Assembly (NCBI RefSeq): GCF_001194135.2
Contig: NC_069002.1
Location: 2,254,616 to 2,318,615 of the forward strand
DNA length: 64,000 nt
Direction of reading: 5' to 3'
Source: Octopus bimaculoides
Lineage: Eukaryota
Shown one piece after another: positions 38,870 through 51,710 of this stretch. Position numbers and translations under genes: made by a program. A model generated the notes under the pieces. It saw nothing but the letters and a program-made list of their open reading frames with translations. It ran no database searches and was not told the origin of the DNA. Positions within the stretch are counted from its first letter, which is position 1, and each line of letters starts with the position of its first letter.

Positions 38870-40219
38870 GTTCTTTGAGTGTGTCATTGTCTGTGCATTT
38901 ATCTATGGATGTGCAAGTATTCCTCTATATATCATATATACAAAAGTATAGAACGATGCAGACATCCTGCAACTAACATGATAGGAAATAACGTGTGATG
39001 TATTACACAGATGCATGGAAAAGCGCCCGTACGAGCGCGCATCCTTCCCCCATACACACACTCGTGTATATATAGACAAACATTGGAAGCCTCGAATGCG
39101 TTAGGTATTTTACAGGCAAGAAAGTAAATTTCGAATGCAGTATATTTGTGAGAATTGCAAAGAAAGATTGGGTATATAGTCTTACGAGGCAGAAAACAGT
39201 GGACACCCAGTCGGTTTTCTGGATTTTTTTATGTAAACGTTTTGCGAATGGACAGAAAGATTGTAATTCACAAGATTACTCACTTTTGTCAGCTGAATGA
39301 ACAGAAGCAACGAGTGATGATTTTCCTTTTGCTCAGAACCCAACGAGCTTACGATCATGTATGCACCACCTTCACAACTAATCAACGCTCCTCTTCCACA
39401 CACTCACACAAAAACACTCACATGCATGCACACTCACATACACATATACACATATATATGTATGCATATGCATATATATAAAATGACTTGCTGTAAGTGC
39501 ACATGCTTAAGAAGGACTCCTGTAGCCAAAATGCATCTGCCGTTCTCAGCAGTTGGTTTCCGGAACGACCTTCCGTCTCACTCCGATATATAAGCAATCT
39601 TGTTTCGGGCGTAAACTCCATTAACATGCCTGTCGTCGTTATAAACGAGCGAGAATATGCTGAAAAGGTCCTGGCTTTAAAGGCGTCGGGAAAAGCCTGG
39701 CTGGAGGCCCAATATTCCCTGCTTTTGTTTTTTACAAGGCTTAGAAAAGCGGAAGGGCTGCTGCGATAAGTACATGCGTTTGAGAAGGGATATGTAGAAT
39801 AAAATCATAATTAAGTGGTCCTCCTGTATTTTCTTTTACCCAAAACCAGGAACTATTCAGCACCCCTAGTATGCAAGAAGAAAATGGAACCATTAATTAA
39901 AATTACAATACTAATGATCTTAATTACTACTGATCATCTCGGAGTCAATTCAGTACGTACACACATATGTTGAAGTATTTTACATCCACAGCTTTGGCGT
40001 TGGTGGAATTACATTTTGTAGTATAACATATTTTAGACATAGGCAATAGTTTGAGGAGAAAATTACTGTCATCTTTAGCCAATGGCTGGGCCATATAAAT
40101 CTACCATTAGTTTGTTGATATTGGTAGCAGACATGACGTTTGATGTTGCAAACGGAAATGAAACTGATGCGGTTGATGGCTACAGACAAATGTTGATGTG
40201 GAAAAAAGTGGAAGGATAA

Positions 40220-40410
40220 ATAAGTGATGTTGATGAAGATGTTGTTGCTGTTGGTGATGAGATGATGTTGACGATGACAACGATTATGATGATGATGACG
40301 ACGACGACGACGATGATGATGATGACGATGATGATGGCGATAGCGATGTTGATAATTACGGAAATGATGTTGACGATGTAGATGATGACGACATTGTAGA
40401 GTTGGAGGAG
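40220..40410 (+). repeat. Degenerate (GAT/GAC)n tract
   Basis: Direct observation. Confidence 0.9.
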
Positions 40411-42029
40411 GAATATGATATCAATGGTGGTGGTGCCAGCGGTAGTACTGGTTGTGGTAGTGATATTTAAAACGATTATGCTCATCTTCGTCATCGTGTG
40501 TGCCGTGGTGCACTGGCGATGATGGTGGAGATAATTGCTAATGTTAGTGTAGTGCTATTTGCCTAAAGTGATGATGATGCTGTTCGGAAAACATAAACCA
40601 ATCACAGAAATGTTTGTGTATGTGCATCAGATGGTGTTTGTTCATAAGTGTTCTGTTCTCGGTGTGTGCATGCGAATGCGTATATGTTGTGCGTATGTGT
40701 GTTCACAGCAAATATAGATATGCGCCATTGAACGTTGGTGATTACCTATTGAAGCGAAGGAGTCGCTGTCGAACGGAAGTGCATTTCGCTTGGATCTGTT
40801 TTACTGCGCAACTCGTAGGCGTGGAGAATGTAAGATAAACAGAAATACTGACAGTATTTTCTGCGTATATATGTGTGTAAGACAGTGCACGTGACTAGGA
40901 TTAAAAAAAAATATATACCCACAGTATTCGTTTGTGTGATGAAAGTGTTGGGAATAACAGCTATAAGGAACAACATGTAAGTTAGAAATGAAGAAGGGGA
41001 AGGGAAAACACTGATGGTGGCTGCGTGGGTCTAGAAAATGGAATAGGTGTTTGATGTTGAATGATGTGTTATATATGAATTTATACATTTATACTTATTA
41101 GTAATTTGGGTGTATGTATATATACGGTATGCATGTATATATGTACATATGTATAGATGTAAAGCGCGAGGGAGAGAGAGAAAGAGAGAGAGAGATAGTA
41201 CTGATAAAATTGCGTCTAATGGCGTAATGTAATGGGCATATAGAATATCTACTCACACTTGTTTACTTCTTAAGATTCCGACTATATATATATATATATA
41301 TNNNNNNNNNNNNNNNNNNNNNNNNNNNNNNNNNNNNNNNNNNNNNNNNNNNNNNNNNNNNNNNNNNNNNNNNNNNNNNNNNNNNNNNNNNNNNNNNNNN
41401 NNNNNNNNNNNNNNNNNNNNNNNNNNNNNNNNNNNNNNNNNNNNNNNNNNNNNNNNNNNNNNNNNNNNNNNNNNNNNNNNNNNNNNNNNNNNNNNNNNNN
41501 NNNNNNNNNNNNNNNNNNNNNNNNNNNNNNNNNNNNNNNNNNNNNNNNNNNNNNNNNNNNNNNNNNNNNNNNNNNNNNNNNNNNNNNNNNNNNNNNNNNN
41601 NNNNNNNNNNNNNNNNNNNNNNNNNNNNNNNNNNNNNNNNNNNNNNNNNNNNNNNNNNNNNNNNNNNNNNNNNNNNNNNNNNNNNNNNNNNNNNNNNNNN
41701 NNNNNNNNNNNNNNNNNNNNNNNNNNNNNNNNNNNNNNNNNNNNNNNNNNNNNNNNNNNNNNNNNNNNNNNNNNNNNNNNNNNNNNNNNNNNNNNNNNNN
41801 NNNNNNNNNNNNNNNNNNNNNNNNNNNNNNNNNNNNNNNNNNNNNNNNNNNNNNNNNNNNNNNNNNTTAGTACCTATTTTTGATAAGGTTTTTCAAAAAC
41901 CGAAACATGTAAAAGGAAAATGAAAATGTACCCAATTTTAAGAAAATAGCATTTTCGTTCATGTTTTTCATAAATATCTACTTTTACCTCTACAAATCTT
42001 TTTGGTAAAATTATTAATTATTAATTACA

Positions 42030-42142
42030 GACCGATGGAATGAGTATTAGGCTTACACAGAATAAGTCCTGGGTCGATTTGCTCGACTAAAGGCGGTGTT
42101 CCAGCATGGCCACAGTCTAATGACTAAAACAAATAAAAAAAT
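42030..42142 (+). mobile_element. SINE family B 3' end (well preserved)
   Basis: gaccgatggaatgagtattaggcttacacagaataagtcctgggtcgatttgctcgactaaaggcggtgttccagcatggccacagtctaatgactaaaacaaataaaa. Confidence 0.85.
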
Positions 42143-42545
42143 AAGTAGTAGTCATAATTATTTGTTTTCTTTTAACTTCTTAATCCAAGATAGAAACCAG
42201 TGTGTAAAACATAAATCAATAAATACATGAAATGAATGTATATTCACATGTATATCCACATGTAATCATGTATATTCACATCATGTAATCATTCTAAGAT
42301 TTGGAGAGTAAATAGTCTTTATAGAAGAGGAGCCCAGTAAATTCCCTCTCCCTCTCCCTCTCTCTCTCTCATTCACTCTCTCTCCCTCATTTTCAATCTC
42401 TTCAGCTCTTACTATTACTGTGTCTATATATTTATCTATCTCTGTATCTATTTACTTATCTAAATATCTCTGCCAATATCGTTTGTACACACTCACACAC
42501 GCACACACAATCAGACACACACACACACAGTCACACTGAAAAACG

Positions 42546-42656
<111 letters not shown>

Positions 42657-43635
42657 GTATGTATACATACATACATAGGTTTGTGTGTCTTTGTTATATA
42701 GATTTTATATAGGGAATTTTAGATAGAGCGATAGATCAAGAGACATCTAGACTGATAGATACATTGTGAGATATAGAGACAGCATAATGCCAAAGAACAT
42801 GAAAAACAAATTCCCAATAAAAATTTATATATATAAAAAAAGATATCGCAAGATGTACTAAAATAGTACTACAACCATTAATACAGTATTGTAGCACCTC
42901 CCAGCACCAACTTAGAAACCTCTTATGAACTATAATATGTCTAAAATCCGTAACTAAACATAGGCTTCCATATTTTGATTGATGGAAGAATATCTGTATT
43001 CGGTATTTTTGACTGTTGAACTAATGGAATCCTTGAAACGGTGCATTGGATCCTTTCGTTAGAGTGATGACGGATAATGGATGCGGGAGTTGGATTTGAA
43101 TAAATGAAATAAAACGATATATATAAATATAAGAATAACGTGAATGATGTACATTGACAATAATTGTAGAATTGGATGTACAGAAACTGGTCATGCATAA
43201 AAGAGATCTGCGGAGAGATATTTTTAGAGGATTCAAAGAAATAGTTTTTTTTTTTTTAATCATTTAATCATTTTATATGCAACACGAGTGGATAAATAGG
43301 TATGCATATATGCCTAAATATACATACATAGTGTTTTTATGTATGTATATAAAAATAGTATATGTGAGAATATTTCAGCATGTGTTAGTATTCATATGTT
43401 TGAGTCCAAACATATCAATGTATGTACATGCATATACAAGCACACACAAACATGTATGTATATATATATATATATATACACACACACATATAACTGCATA
43501 ATGATATATCATAAAAATATATATCCTCCAATTATACAGAGAGAGAGAGAGAGAGAGAGAGAGCTGTATAATAATATATCATATATATTCTCCGATTTGA
43601 AATGACAATTATAAATTAAATTAAATGATGAGCTG

Positions 43636-43700
43636 ATCCTAGCCAGAATCGAACACACAAATCATCGCTAACACGCTTCTTTGCGCACCCGATTGAGCCA
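43636..43700 (-). mobile_element. tRNA-like (Pol III promoter) head: SINE head or tRNA pseudogene
   Basis: Minus strand tggctcaatcgg (A box) ... gtgttcgattctggctagga (B box). I cannot build a full cloverleaf. Confidence 0.55.
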
Positions 43701-45126
43701 AACGTTTACCCACCAATTTCAGAGAAATTAAATGTATATTTACTTCAACTGTGTAATACTACATATGATATTTGTAAACAAACCGGAAAAGCTTTCTAAG
43801 TTACGGAAAGAAAGTTATTATGGAAGGCTCATAGTATAATAATAACTGTAGAATAATATATAATAATAATAATATATATTCTCCGATTTGAAGCGATGAT
43901 TTTTAAATACAAATGACCGAAACATTGATGAGGTAACCCTAGCCAGAATTAAACACACAAATCGACGCTAAATTTAATGAATACACATAGAGGAGGTCAC
44001 AACTGTGTGACGAAAGATTTCCGGACAATGGAAATGAGTCAGAATAAGAACAGTAGTAAACGCGTGAAGAACGAATATATAGTGCGTGTGTTTATTTGGC
44101 TCCAAAATGACCATCCCGAAATACAACTATATATATCTATTCATATGTATATATGTATATATATATATATGTATACAATGCTATATATATATATATGTAT
44201 GTATGAATACACACACATATGCATGCGTATTTGTGTGTGTGTATATGTTTGTGTCTGTGTGCGTGTGAGTGCGTGTGTATACGAATAATTGCCATGTTGT
44301 TCGGGTAACTCAATCCTTCCTTCTGTGTAGAGTTAATATATATCGCCACAACTTAGAATATGTTGAGAATCCAGTACATTGTTCCACGTAAACAGGGTAA
44401 GAATGCACCTCTCTTTCGATGTCAAACCTTATAATAGCGAGAGATAAACCAGTCCCTAATTAACATAATCTCCATTTGAATTTGATGGCTGAGAAAGCAG
44501 AATGATTGAAGAAGAAATTTGATATTCTCGGTCTAGATATAAAAGGCACGAGAGATACGTGGCTTCCTCGAGGATAAGCAACGTTAAATATAACTAAGTA
44601 AACCACCTTCAACAATAACAACAAAAAACGAGAACGAATACTACAACAACAATGACAATAGCTATACAAAGAAAGTTAACAACTATAGTAACAAAGCAGC
44701 ATCACCTCTGACATTATGATTGGTAACAGCAGCTAGATATCATTATATTACAAAGTTTGGTTTGTAGCATTGCACTGGAATAGTTTTCCCCAGATACATA
44801 CGGAGAATTTTGCTCAATACTGCTACATGAATCTTTAATTCTGTCGGACCATTTGGGAGTTTTGTTGTTCTGGTTCTTTAAATTATTGTCGTCGTTGTTG
44901 TTTAATCTAAGGTTAAAGAAAATTTCAGCGCCAGCATATCAGCAAAGAGTATTAAGATCTAACAGCCTATATTTTTGGTATTTGCAAACCTACGCAGTTC
45001 ATAAAATCGCACACAAACACATACGCATATATACATAAACACATGTATGCATGCATACGAACATACACATGTTTACTTACGAGTAAATGAATGTCATGTC
45101 TATACACCCACTATATACATCTCTCT

Positions 45127-45163
<37 letters not shown>

Positions 45164-45239
45164 CATACATACATACATACACACATACATACAACACAGA
45201 CACACACACATATTTAAAGACACCTGTACTTTGTGCGCC

Positions 45240-45335
45240 TAGTACTTATTTTATCAGTCCATTTACCGAACCGCTATGTTACGTTGATGTAAATACTCCA
45301 GCGCTGGGAAGCAGAGGTGGGAGATAAGCACAAAA
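45240..45335 (-). mobile_element. SINE family B internal fragment
   Basis: agtacttattttatcagtccatttaccgaaccgctatgttacgttgatgtaaatactccagc is the reverse complement of the family B body. Confidence 0.7.
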
Positions 45336-46689
45336 ACTAACAAACACAAACATAAATGTCATAGAACTAAAAGCAGACGTTGAACATTGTTATTCGCCAC
45401 TTCCACCTCGTAGAATTATTCTGTTTCAAAAATATAAATAACGAATCAATTTTCAGTAATGAATCCTACTTACAAGGGAAGTGACAAATATTTTGATACT
45501 TAAATATAGACACAATTGATAAATTTTCATTCAGTACCCGCAAATGCAAACAAAACCTTCGTAAAAAAGAAAAATAAGGCTTCCTAACCCGGAAGAACGA
45601 CTTAAGCAGTTGAACACTTAAGTTCATGTAATCGGCTCAACCCTCCCCTAAAACCAACATTTCAGCGCAGTTGTCTCGTATTTCTCTGCCCTGTGCATTC
45701 GTATTCTTCTGGGTTGTATTTATGTGCTAAAAAGATTAAAAATATAATTTAAATATTTTGTTAAATTCGTACATATATTTGACTATGTTGTCAAACCTGT
45801 TATACTAAATTGTGTTATAGGCAATTAAAAAAAGAAATAGCACGACAGCTTTCTAAATTTCAAATATTGAAACGGATTTTATTTTTGTTAAAAAGAAATT
45901 CCAATGCAAAGTGCTTCAGAAATATTTTCTTTGATCTTCACCCTGGCACCACATCAAAGAGATAAAAAAAAACCACTGGACTAAATCGAACCTATTGAAT
46001 AAAAATCATATTAAAAATGATTGAAATTATTTAAATATTTAAAGTTTGTTATTGGTTCCTAAAACATTATTGCGGGTGCTGTTGAATTTTTTCAAAAAAT
46101 TTATGACTTTAGAAGTACATCTTTGCACTTATTTACTTATTTCTTAATTTTTAGTAGAGTAGATATCCAGACATTAACACTTATTACCAAAAGTAATTAT
46201 GAATTTTAAGAATTCTACAACACCGAAAACAATAAAAACATTTTAAATGCAAAACAGAAATCAAACAGGAATATACTCAGGACTTCAGTTGAAAAACATT
46301 ATTGATTAGCTCTTCCCTTTAATCAAATATTTCAGGCGCAGTCGATGTTCCTCGTCATGTTTTTGGTAAAAAACAAAAAAACAAACAACTGCTCATCGTA
46401 GTTGAGGAATTAAATGAAGAGCTCACGTGTACAGGCAAGATATTCAAAGCGTTTTCTGTTCTCTTGTTATAGAAGGGCTTCTATATATGTCAACAAACAA
46501 TAGCAGAGTCCACCATATGTTTTACAAACCTCTAATGACCTTCATGAACAATCTGGCAAAACATACATTTGAGACGGAAGCCAGACCAGTCATGTATATA
46601 TACAGTAGTCTGCAAGTTATTTATTTTAAAACTGTTCGGATTCTCCTATTCCGTAATACAAGGCGGCAAACCAGATGAATCGTAAGTAT

Positions 46690-46800
46690 GTCGGAGAAAA
46701 TGTTTAGTGGTATTTCTTCCGCGATTTCATGTTGTGTGTTTAAATCTCGCCCAAGGCAACTTCGCGTTTCAACTACTCACTATCGATAAAATGAATTACG
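46690..46800 (+). mobile_element. SINE family A, degenerate
   Basis: aaatgtttagtggtatttc...aaatctcgcccaaggcaacttcgcgtttca...tcgataaaatgaattac. Confidence 0.55.
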
Positions 46801-47495
46801 AACAACGGCACGGGTCAAAGTAATCGAATAGCCTCTCATTTTAAGTTGTTTGACTTGAACCCTCCACCGACCGGCGTACGGTTAGAGGAATACTGTAGAG
46901 ACACTCAAAGAGCATGGAAATCGGGTAACTATCCTTAAGATTCCTAGAACTCAAGAAAATCAAATTATTTAGAATAATTACATTACGTTGACCATTCTCC
47001 TACAATTTGGTTACTAGGCGATATCTCGTGCTAATAGGAAAGTTTGTGAGTTTCGGATATCTCTTGGTAAATGGCTGTCATCTTAGTATTATCATGTTGG
47101 TCAATTGAGCGAAGGGTCAAATAAAGATAAGGCACAAACGGTTGGCTTATAACTTGTATGTTTTTACCAATATTTTTATCGATCAGGTCAAACGTTCTGT
47201 CTTTGTTGATTCAATGATAAATGAGTTTTTGTAAACATAATTTGAAAAGTATTTGCTATGTATATTTGCATTAAATTATCTTCACCAAAGATATTTGCAA
47301 AGACAGTGACACCTCCTTTAATCAGAATGACAAGTGTATACACGAACACATAGATACACGCACGCCTGTGTAAGAGTGTCTGCATGACGTGTGGGTGTCT
47401 GTTTGTATGTGTATATATATATATATATATCGATATATGCATATATGTATGTATATAGATAGATATAGGTATAGATAAGCATGAACATATATCTA

Positions 47496-47570
<75 letters not shown>

Positions 47571-47604
47571 GTATATATATATATGTATATATATAGAGAG
47601 ATGA

Positions 47605-47635
<31 letters not shown>

Positions 47636-48147
47636 TAGATATAGATATATATATATATACATACACACCATACATATATTGTACGTATATATACATATAC
47701 ACGTACACGTTCCCACTTCTCTGTCTCTACCCTATATATACACATATATGTAAGTCTCTATGTGCGCGCGAGTGTGTGTGAGAATGTGTTTGTGTGTGCA
47801 GGAGGGTGTCTGTGTGTTTAAGTGCCTTATCTGCACAAGACTTATTACAAAAATCAATGTCCGCGTTCATCAAATATATGTAAAAGTTGCGCGGCAAAAG
47901 ATTATAAAATATCTTTATTCTGATAAATATATAGGTTTATGAATGCCAGAAGAGCCACAACTATTACTCAATTATATGGATATATTTTATACACTCATAT
48001 ACGTACTTAGATTTCGATGAAGCAAGATATCTCGAGTCTGCAGTATATGAAGATATTATCGGTGCTAAGCAACATGAATATTTATATTGCTGTACAGTAA
48101 CCGAGTCTACTTCTTGATGTTTTCCTGTAGCTTCATCTATGCCTGTA

Positions 48148-48194
<47 letters not shown>

Positions 48195-49484
48195 NNNNNN
48201 NNNNNNNNNNNNNNNNNNNNNNNNNNNNNNNNNNNNNNNNNNNNNNNNNNNNNNNNNNNNNNNNNNNNNNNNNNNNNNNNNNNNNNNNNNNNNNNNNNNN
48301 NNNNNNNNNNNNNNNNNNNNNNNNNNNNNNNNNNNNNNNNNNNNNNNNNNNNNNNNNNNNNNNNNNNNNNNNNNNNNNNNNNNNNNNNNNNNNNNNNNNN
48401 NNNNNNNNNNNNNNNNNNNNNNNNNNNNNNNNNNNNNNNNNNNNNNNNNNNNNNNNNNNNNNNNNNNNNNNNNNNNNNNNNNNNNNNNNNNNNNNNNNNN
48501 NNNNNNNNNNNNNNNNNNNNNNNNNNNNNNNNNNNNNNNNNNNNNNNNNNNNNNNNNNNNNNNNNNNNNNNNNNNNNNNNNNNNNNNNNNNNNNNNNNNN
48601 NNNNNNNNNNNNNNNNNNNNNNNNNNNNNNNNNNNNNNNNNNNNNNNNNNNNNNNNNNNNNNNNNNNNNNNNNNNNNNNNNNNNNNNNNNNNNNNNNNNN
48701 NNNNNNNNNNNNNNNNNNNNNNNNNNNNNNNNNNNNNNNNNNNNNNNNNNNNNNNNNNNNNNNNNNNNNNNNNNNNNNNNNNNNNNNNNNNNNNNNNNNN
48801 NNNNNNNNNNNNNNNNNNNNNNNNNNNNNNNNNNNNNNNNNNNNNNNNNNNNNNNNNNNNNNNNNNNNNNNNNNNNNNNNNNNNNNNNNNNNNNNNNNNN
48901 NNNNNNNNNNNNNNNNNNNNNNNNNNNNNNNNNNNNNNNNNNNNNNNNNNNNNNNNNNNNNNNNNNNNNNNNNNNNNNNNNNNNNNNTATATATATATAT
49001 ATGTATACACACATACACACACATACATATCACTTTGATCAAAAATGTCATGCGATTCGCATACGCCATTCTTCTCCAGTTCTACAAATGTATGCCCATA
49101 AGAGAATACAGTGTTAGGTTCGTTCTCTAATTTCCTTGGATATTTAAATTTGGTGAAGTAGACTTACTTGCAAAGATATTTAAATTAACCCCCCTCGAAT
49201 ATATATACAGCTAGCAGAAGTATCTGGCCATTTACTTATCCAGTTTCCTTTAGATTATCAATAAATGCCGCAGGGTTCAAAATTATTCTCTATAAAGGTG
49301 ACGTTCCTACTTACAAAATATCAGTTAGTTTGGTGCAAAAGTGTGACGTAAGGTACCAGCTCTCTTGGTGCCGATATATGACCAACAACTTGGTAAATAC
49401 ACACATTACTCTTTTATATATTGGTGACAAATATTGGCACACGGCAATTTCACGTTGAGTGTTGTAATAATATTGGAGAGAAGC

Positions 49485-49600
49485 TTGCTTTTCATGATCT
49501 CGAGGTTAATAAAATGAAGTAACAGTTATGTACAAGGGTCAATGATTACGACCTACAACTCCTTTATAAATTGGTAGCCTTGGGCCTAAAATAGCATCTA
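49485..49600 (+). mobile_element. SINE family A 3' half, degenerate
   Basis: ttttcatgatctcgaggttaataaaatgaagtaacagtt...gggtcaatgatt...aaattggtagccttgggcctaaaat. Confidence 0.55.
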
Positions 49601-50237
49601 TATTTTAAAACATCATACATGCAAGAATGAGAGTCTCTTCAATCAACTTCAGATACTTGTAGATACCAACGTTTAAAGAACCTTCAGGTAGTCGATCAGA
49701 TTGATAAGCATAGCATTCACTTCACGTTCATACAACTTTTATTAACATTAAGACTGGAATGACACGTTCTTGACTGTATTTAGAGACACCCCTCAACTAA
49801 GGAAGATAAAACAGTTACAATGGAATGAGTTTGATCGTAAATTTACACAAACAGTGCTAATATATAGACATGCCTTCCAGCAACAGCAAATAGAGTATCA
49901 ATACCAGAATTCTTATCTACGAACAAAGCTCTGCAGTTGTTCACAATTTATTTGTTGAATAGGACGTTTAGCTCAGTAATATTGGAGTGTTTCCTGTCAT
50001 ATGAAGAAGAGTATTGGAAGGAAAACGTTGCATCATTGGTAATACCAGGAAATTGTGCCAAAATGCAATAATTATAATTTAAATTTTATCGAATGTGTTG
50101 GTGGCATAACACAAGGATGACATATAAACTGGTTTTCGAAAGAAAATTATTTATTACGCTAGAATACAATTAAGCAGGTCAAATTACATACTTGTATAAT
50201 TCTTCTATACCTACCCTCTTAAATGCTTTCAAATTTT

Positions 50238-50428
50238 TTTACAAGGCCAGAAATTTCGTGTGAGAGTGAAAAGTGATCGCATCAACCCCAGTACACGACT
50301 GGAACCTATTGTATCGATCCCAAAAAGCTGAAAGGCAAAGCCAACCTCGCTGGAATTTGTATTCAGAGCGTTACGATAGGCTAAAGCCCACTAAGCCCGG
50401 CGTGCTAATGTTTCTGACGGCTCACCAC
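50238..50428 (-). mobile_element. SINE family A
   Basis: acaaggccagaaatttc...caaccccagtacacgactggaacctattgtatcgatcccaaaaagctgaaaggcaaagccaacctcgctggaatttg...cccggcgtgctaatgtttctgacggctcacc. Confidence 0.8.
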
Positions 50429-50707
50429 CCTTATCTACCCTGTCATATGCTCCTTCTTCTCTGCCTCTCTAATTCTACCTCTAACTGTCTTAGTGTTACT
50501 ATGTAGACATTCAATGAATGATCTATGTTGTCGCCTGACCAGCAAGGATTAAAGACGTAAGTTCTCCTTTTGAAAGGCGGTAAAATATGAGACAATATAT
50601 TGATAATTAAAGAGAAATCTTAAGAGAGTTCGTTACTGGCCGGTTCTGAGAGTTACGTGGGTCAAAGAAGGATTAATAACACATGCAGAGAAGCGAAAAT
50701 AAAAAGG

Positions 50708-50710
<3 letters not shown>

Positions 50711-50774
<64 letters not shown>

Positions 50775-50861
50775 AAAAGGAAGAAGAAGAAGATGAAGAA
50801 GAAGAAGAAGAAGAAGAAGAAGAAGAAGAAGAAGAAGAAGAAGAAGAAGAAGAAGAAGAAG

Positions 50862-50903
<42 letters not shown>

Positions 50904-50920
50904 AACAACAATAACAACAT
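50711..50920 (+). repeat. Compound trinucleotide array (GTA)n-(GAA)n-(CAA)n
   Basis: Direct observation. Confidence 0.95.
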
Positions 50921-51239
50921 TAATCGCAACAAAAGAAAAAGCATGTACAGAATCCTCGCCAAATCTGCATTTACGTGAATGTTTATAAAATAATAAAAGA
51001 AATTTATATTTTTTTTTTCACTCTTCTGAAAATAAATGGAAAAAGTTATTATTTTCTTCTCCTACGCTATTTCAACAAAGAGAATATATTTGGAACTTAA
51101 CATACAAGATTAAAATATCTGATATCAGAACGTTAGGCTTTCAACTATTTTCTCTGCTTTTAAATCGATGTTGTTATTTGATAAAGGAAACTAACGCACA
51201 CATTCACAGTCGCACCCACTATATAATTAAATATATACA

Positions 51240-51253
51240 TACCTACGTATGCA

Positions 51254-51291
<38 letters not shown>

Positions 51292-51416
51292 TGTTTGTGT
51301 GTATGCGTTCGGATGTACATGCGTGTTTTTTATATCTATATTCATCTTTATATTTATATATATGTACAGGTCTATTATGTACACATACACACACACACAC
51401 ACATACACACACACAT

Positions 51417-51449
<33 letters not shown>

Positions 51450-51548
51450 CGCACATTTATTCTTGCATTTATACATAAACATATATATATGTATGTATAC
51501 ATATATACAAATATATGTGTGTATATGCATGTCTGTCTCTATATATAC

Positions 51549-51599
<51 letters not shown>

Positions 51600-51710
51600 T
51601 GTGTATGTGTGTTTCTGGTTGTGTATGTCAAGCGTTTGTATATGTACGTATGTGTGTGTGTATGTACGTGAATGTCTGTGTGTGTGTGTGTGTGCGTATC
51701 TTTGCGTGTA
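51240..51710 (+). repeat. Dense (AT)/(AC)/(GT) microsatellite cluster
   Basis: Direct observation. Similar clusters occur at 1250-1930, 35395-35520, 42540-42670, 47410-47720 and 58560-58900. Confidence 0.95.

Noticed and set aside
49860-50080. Open stretch CLPATANRVSIPEFLSTNK… resembling a hAT dimerisation motif
   Set aside because: Only a 4-5 residue resemblance; the ERxFS core is absent.
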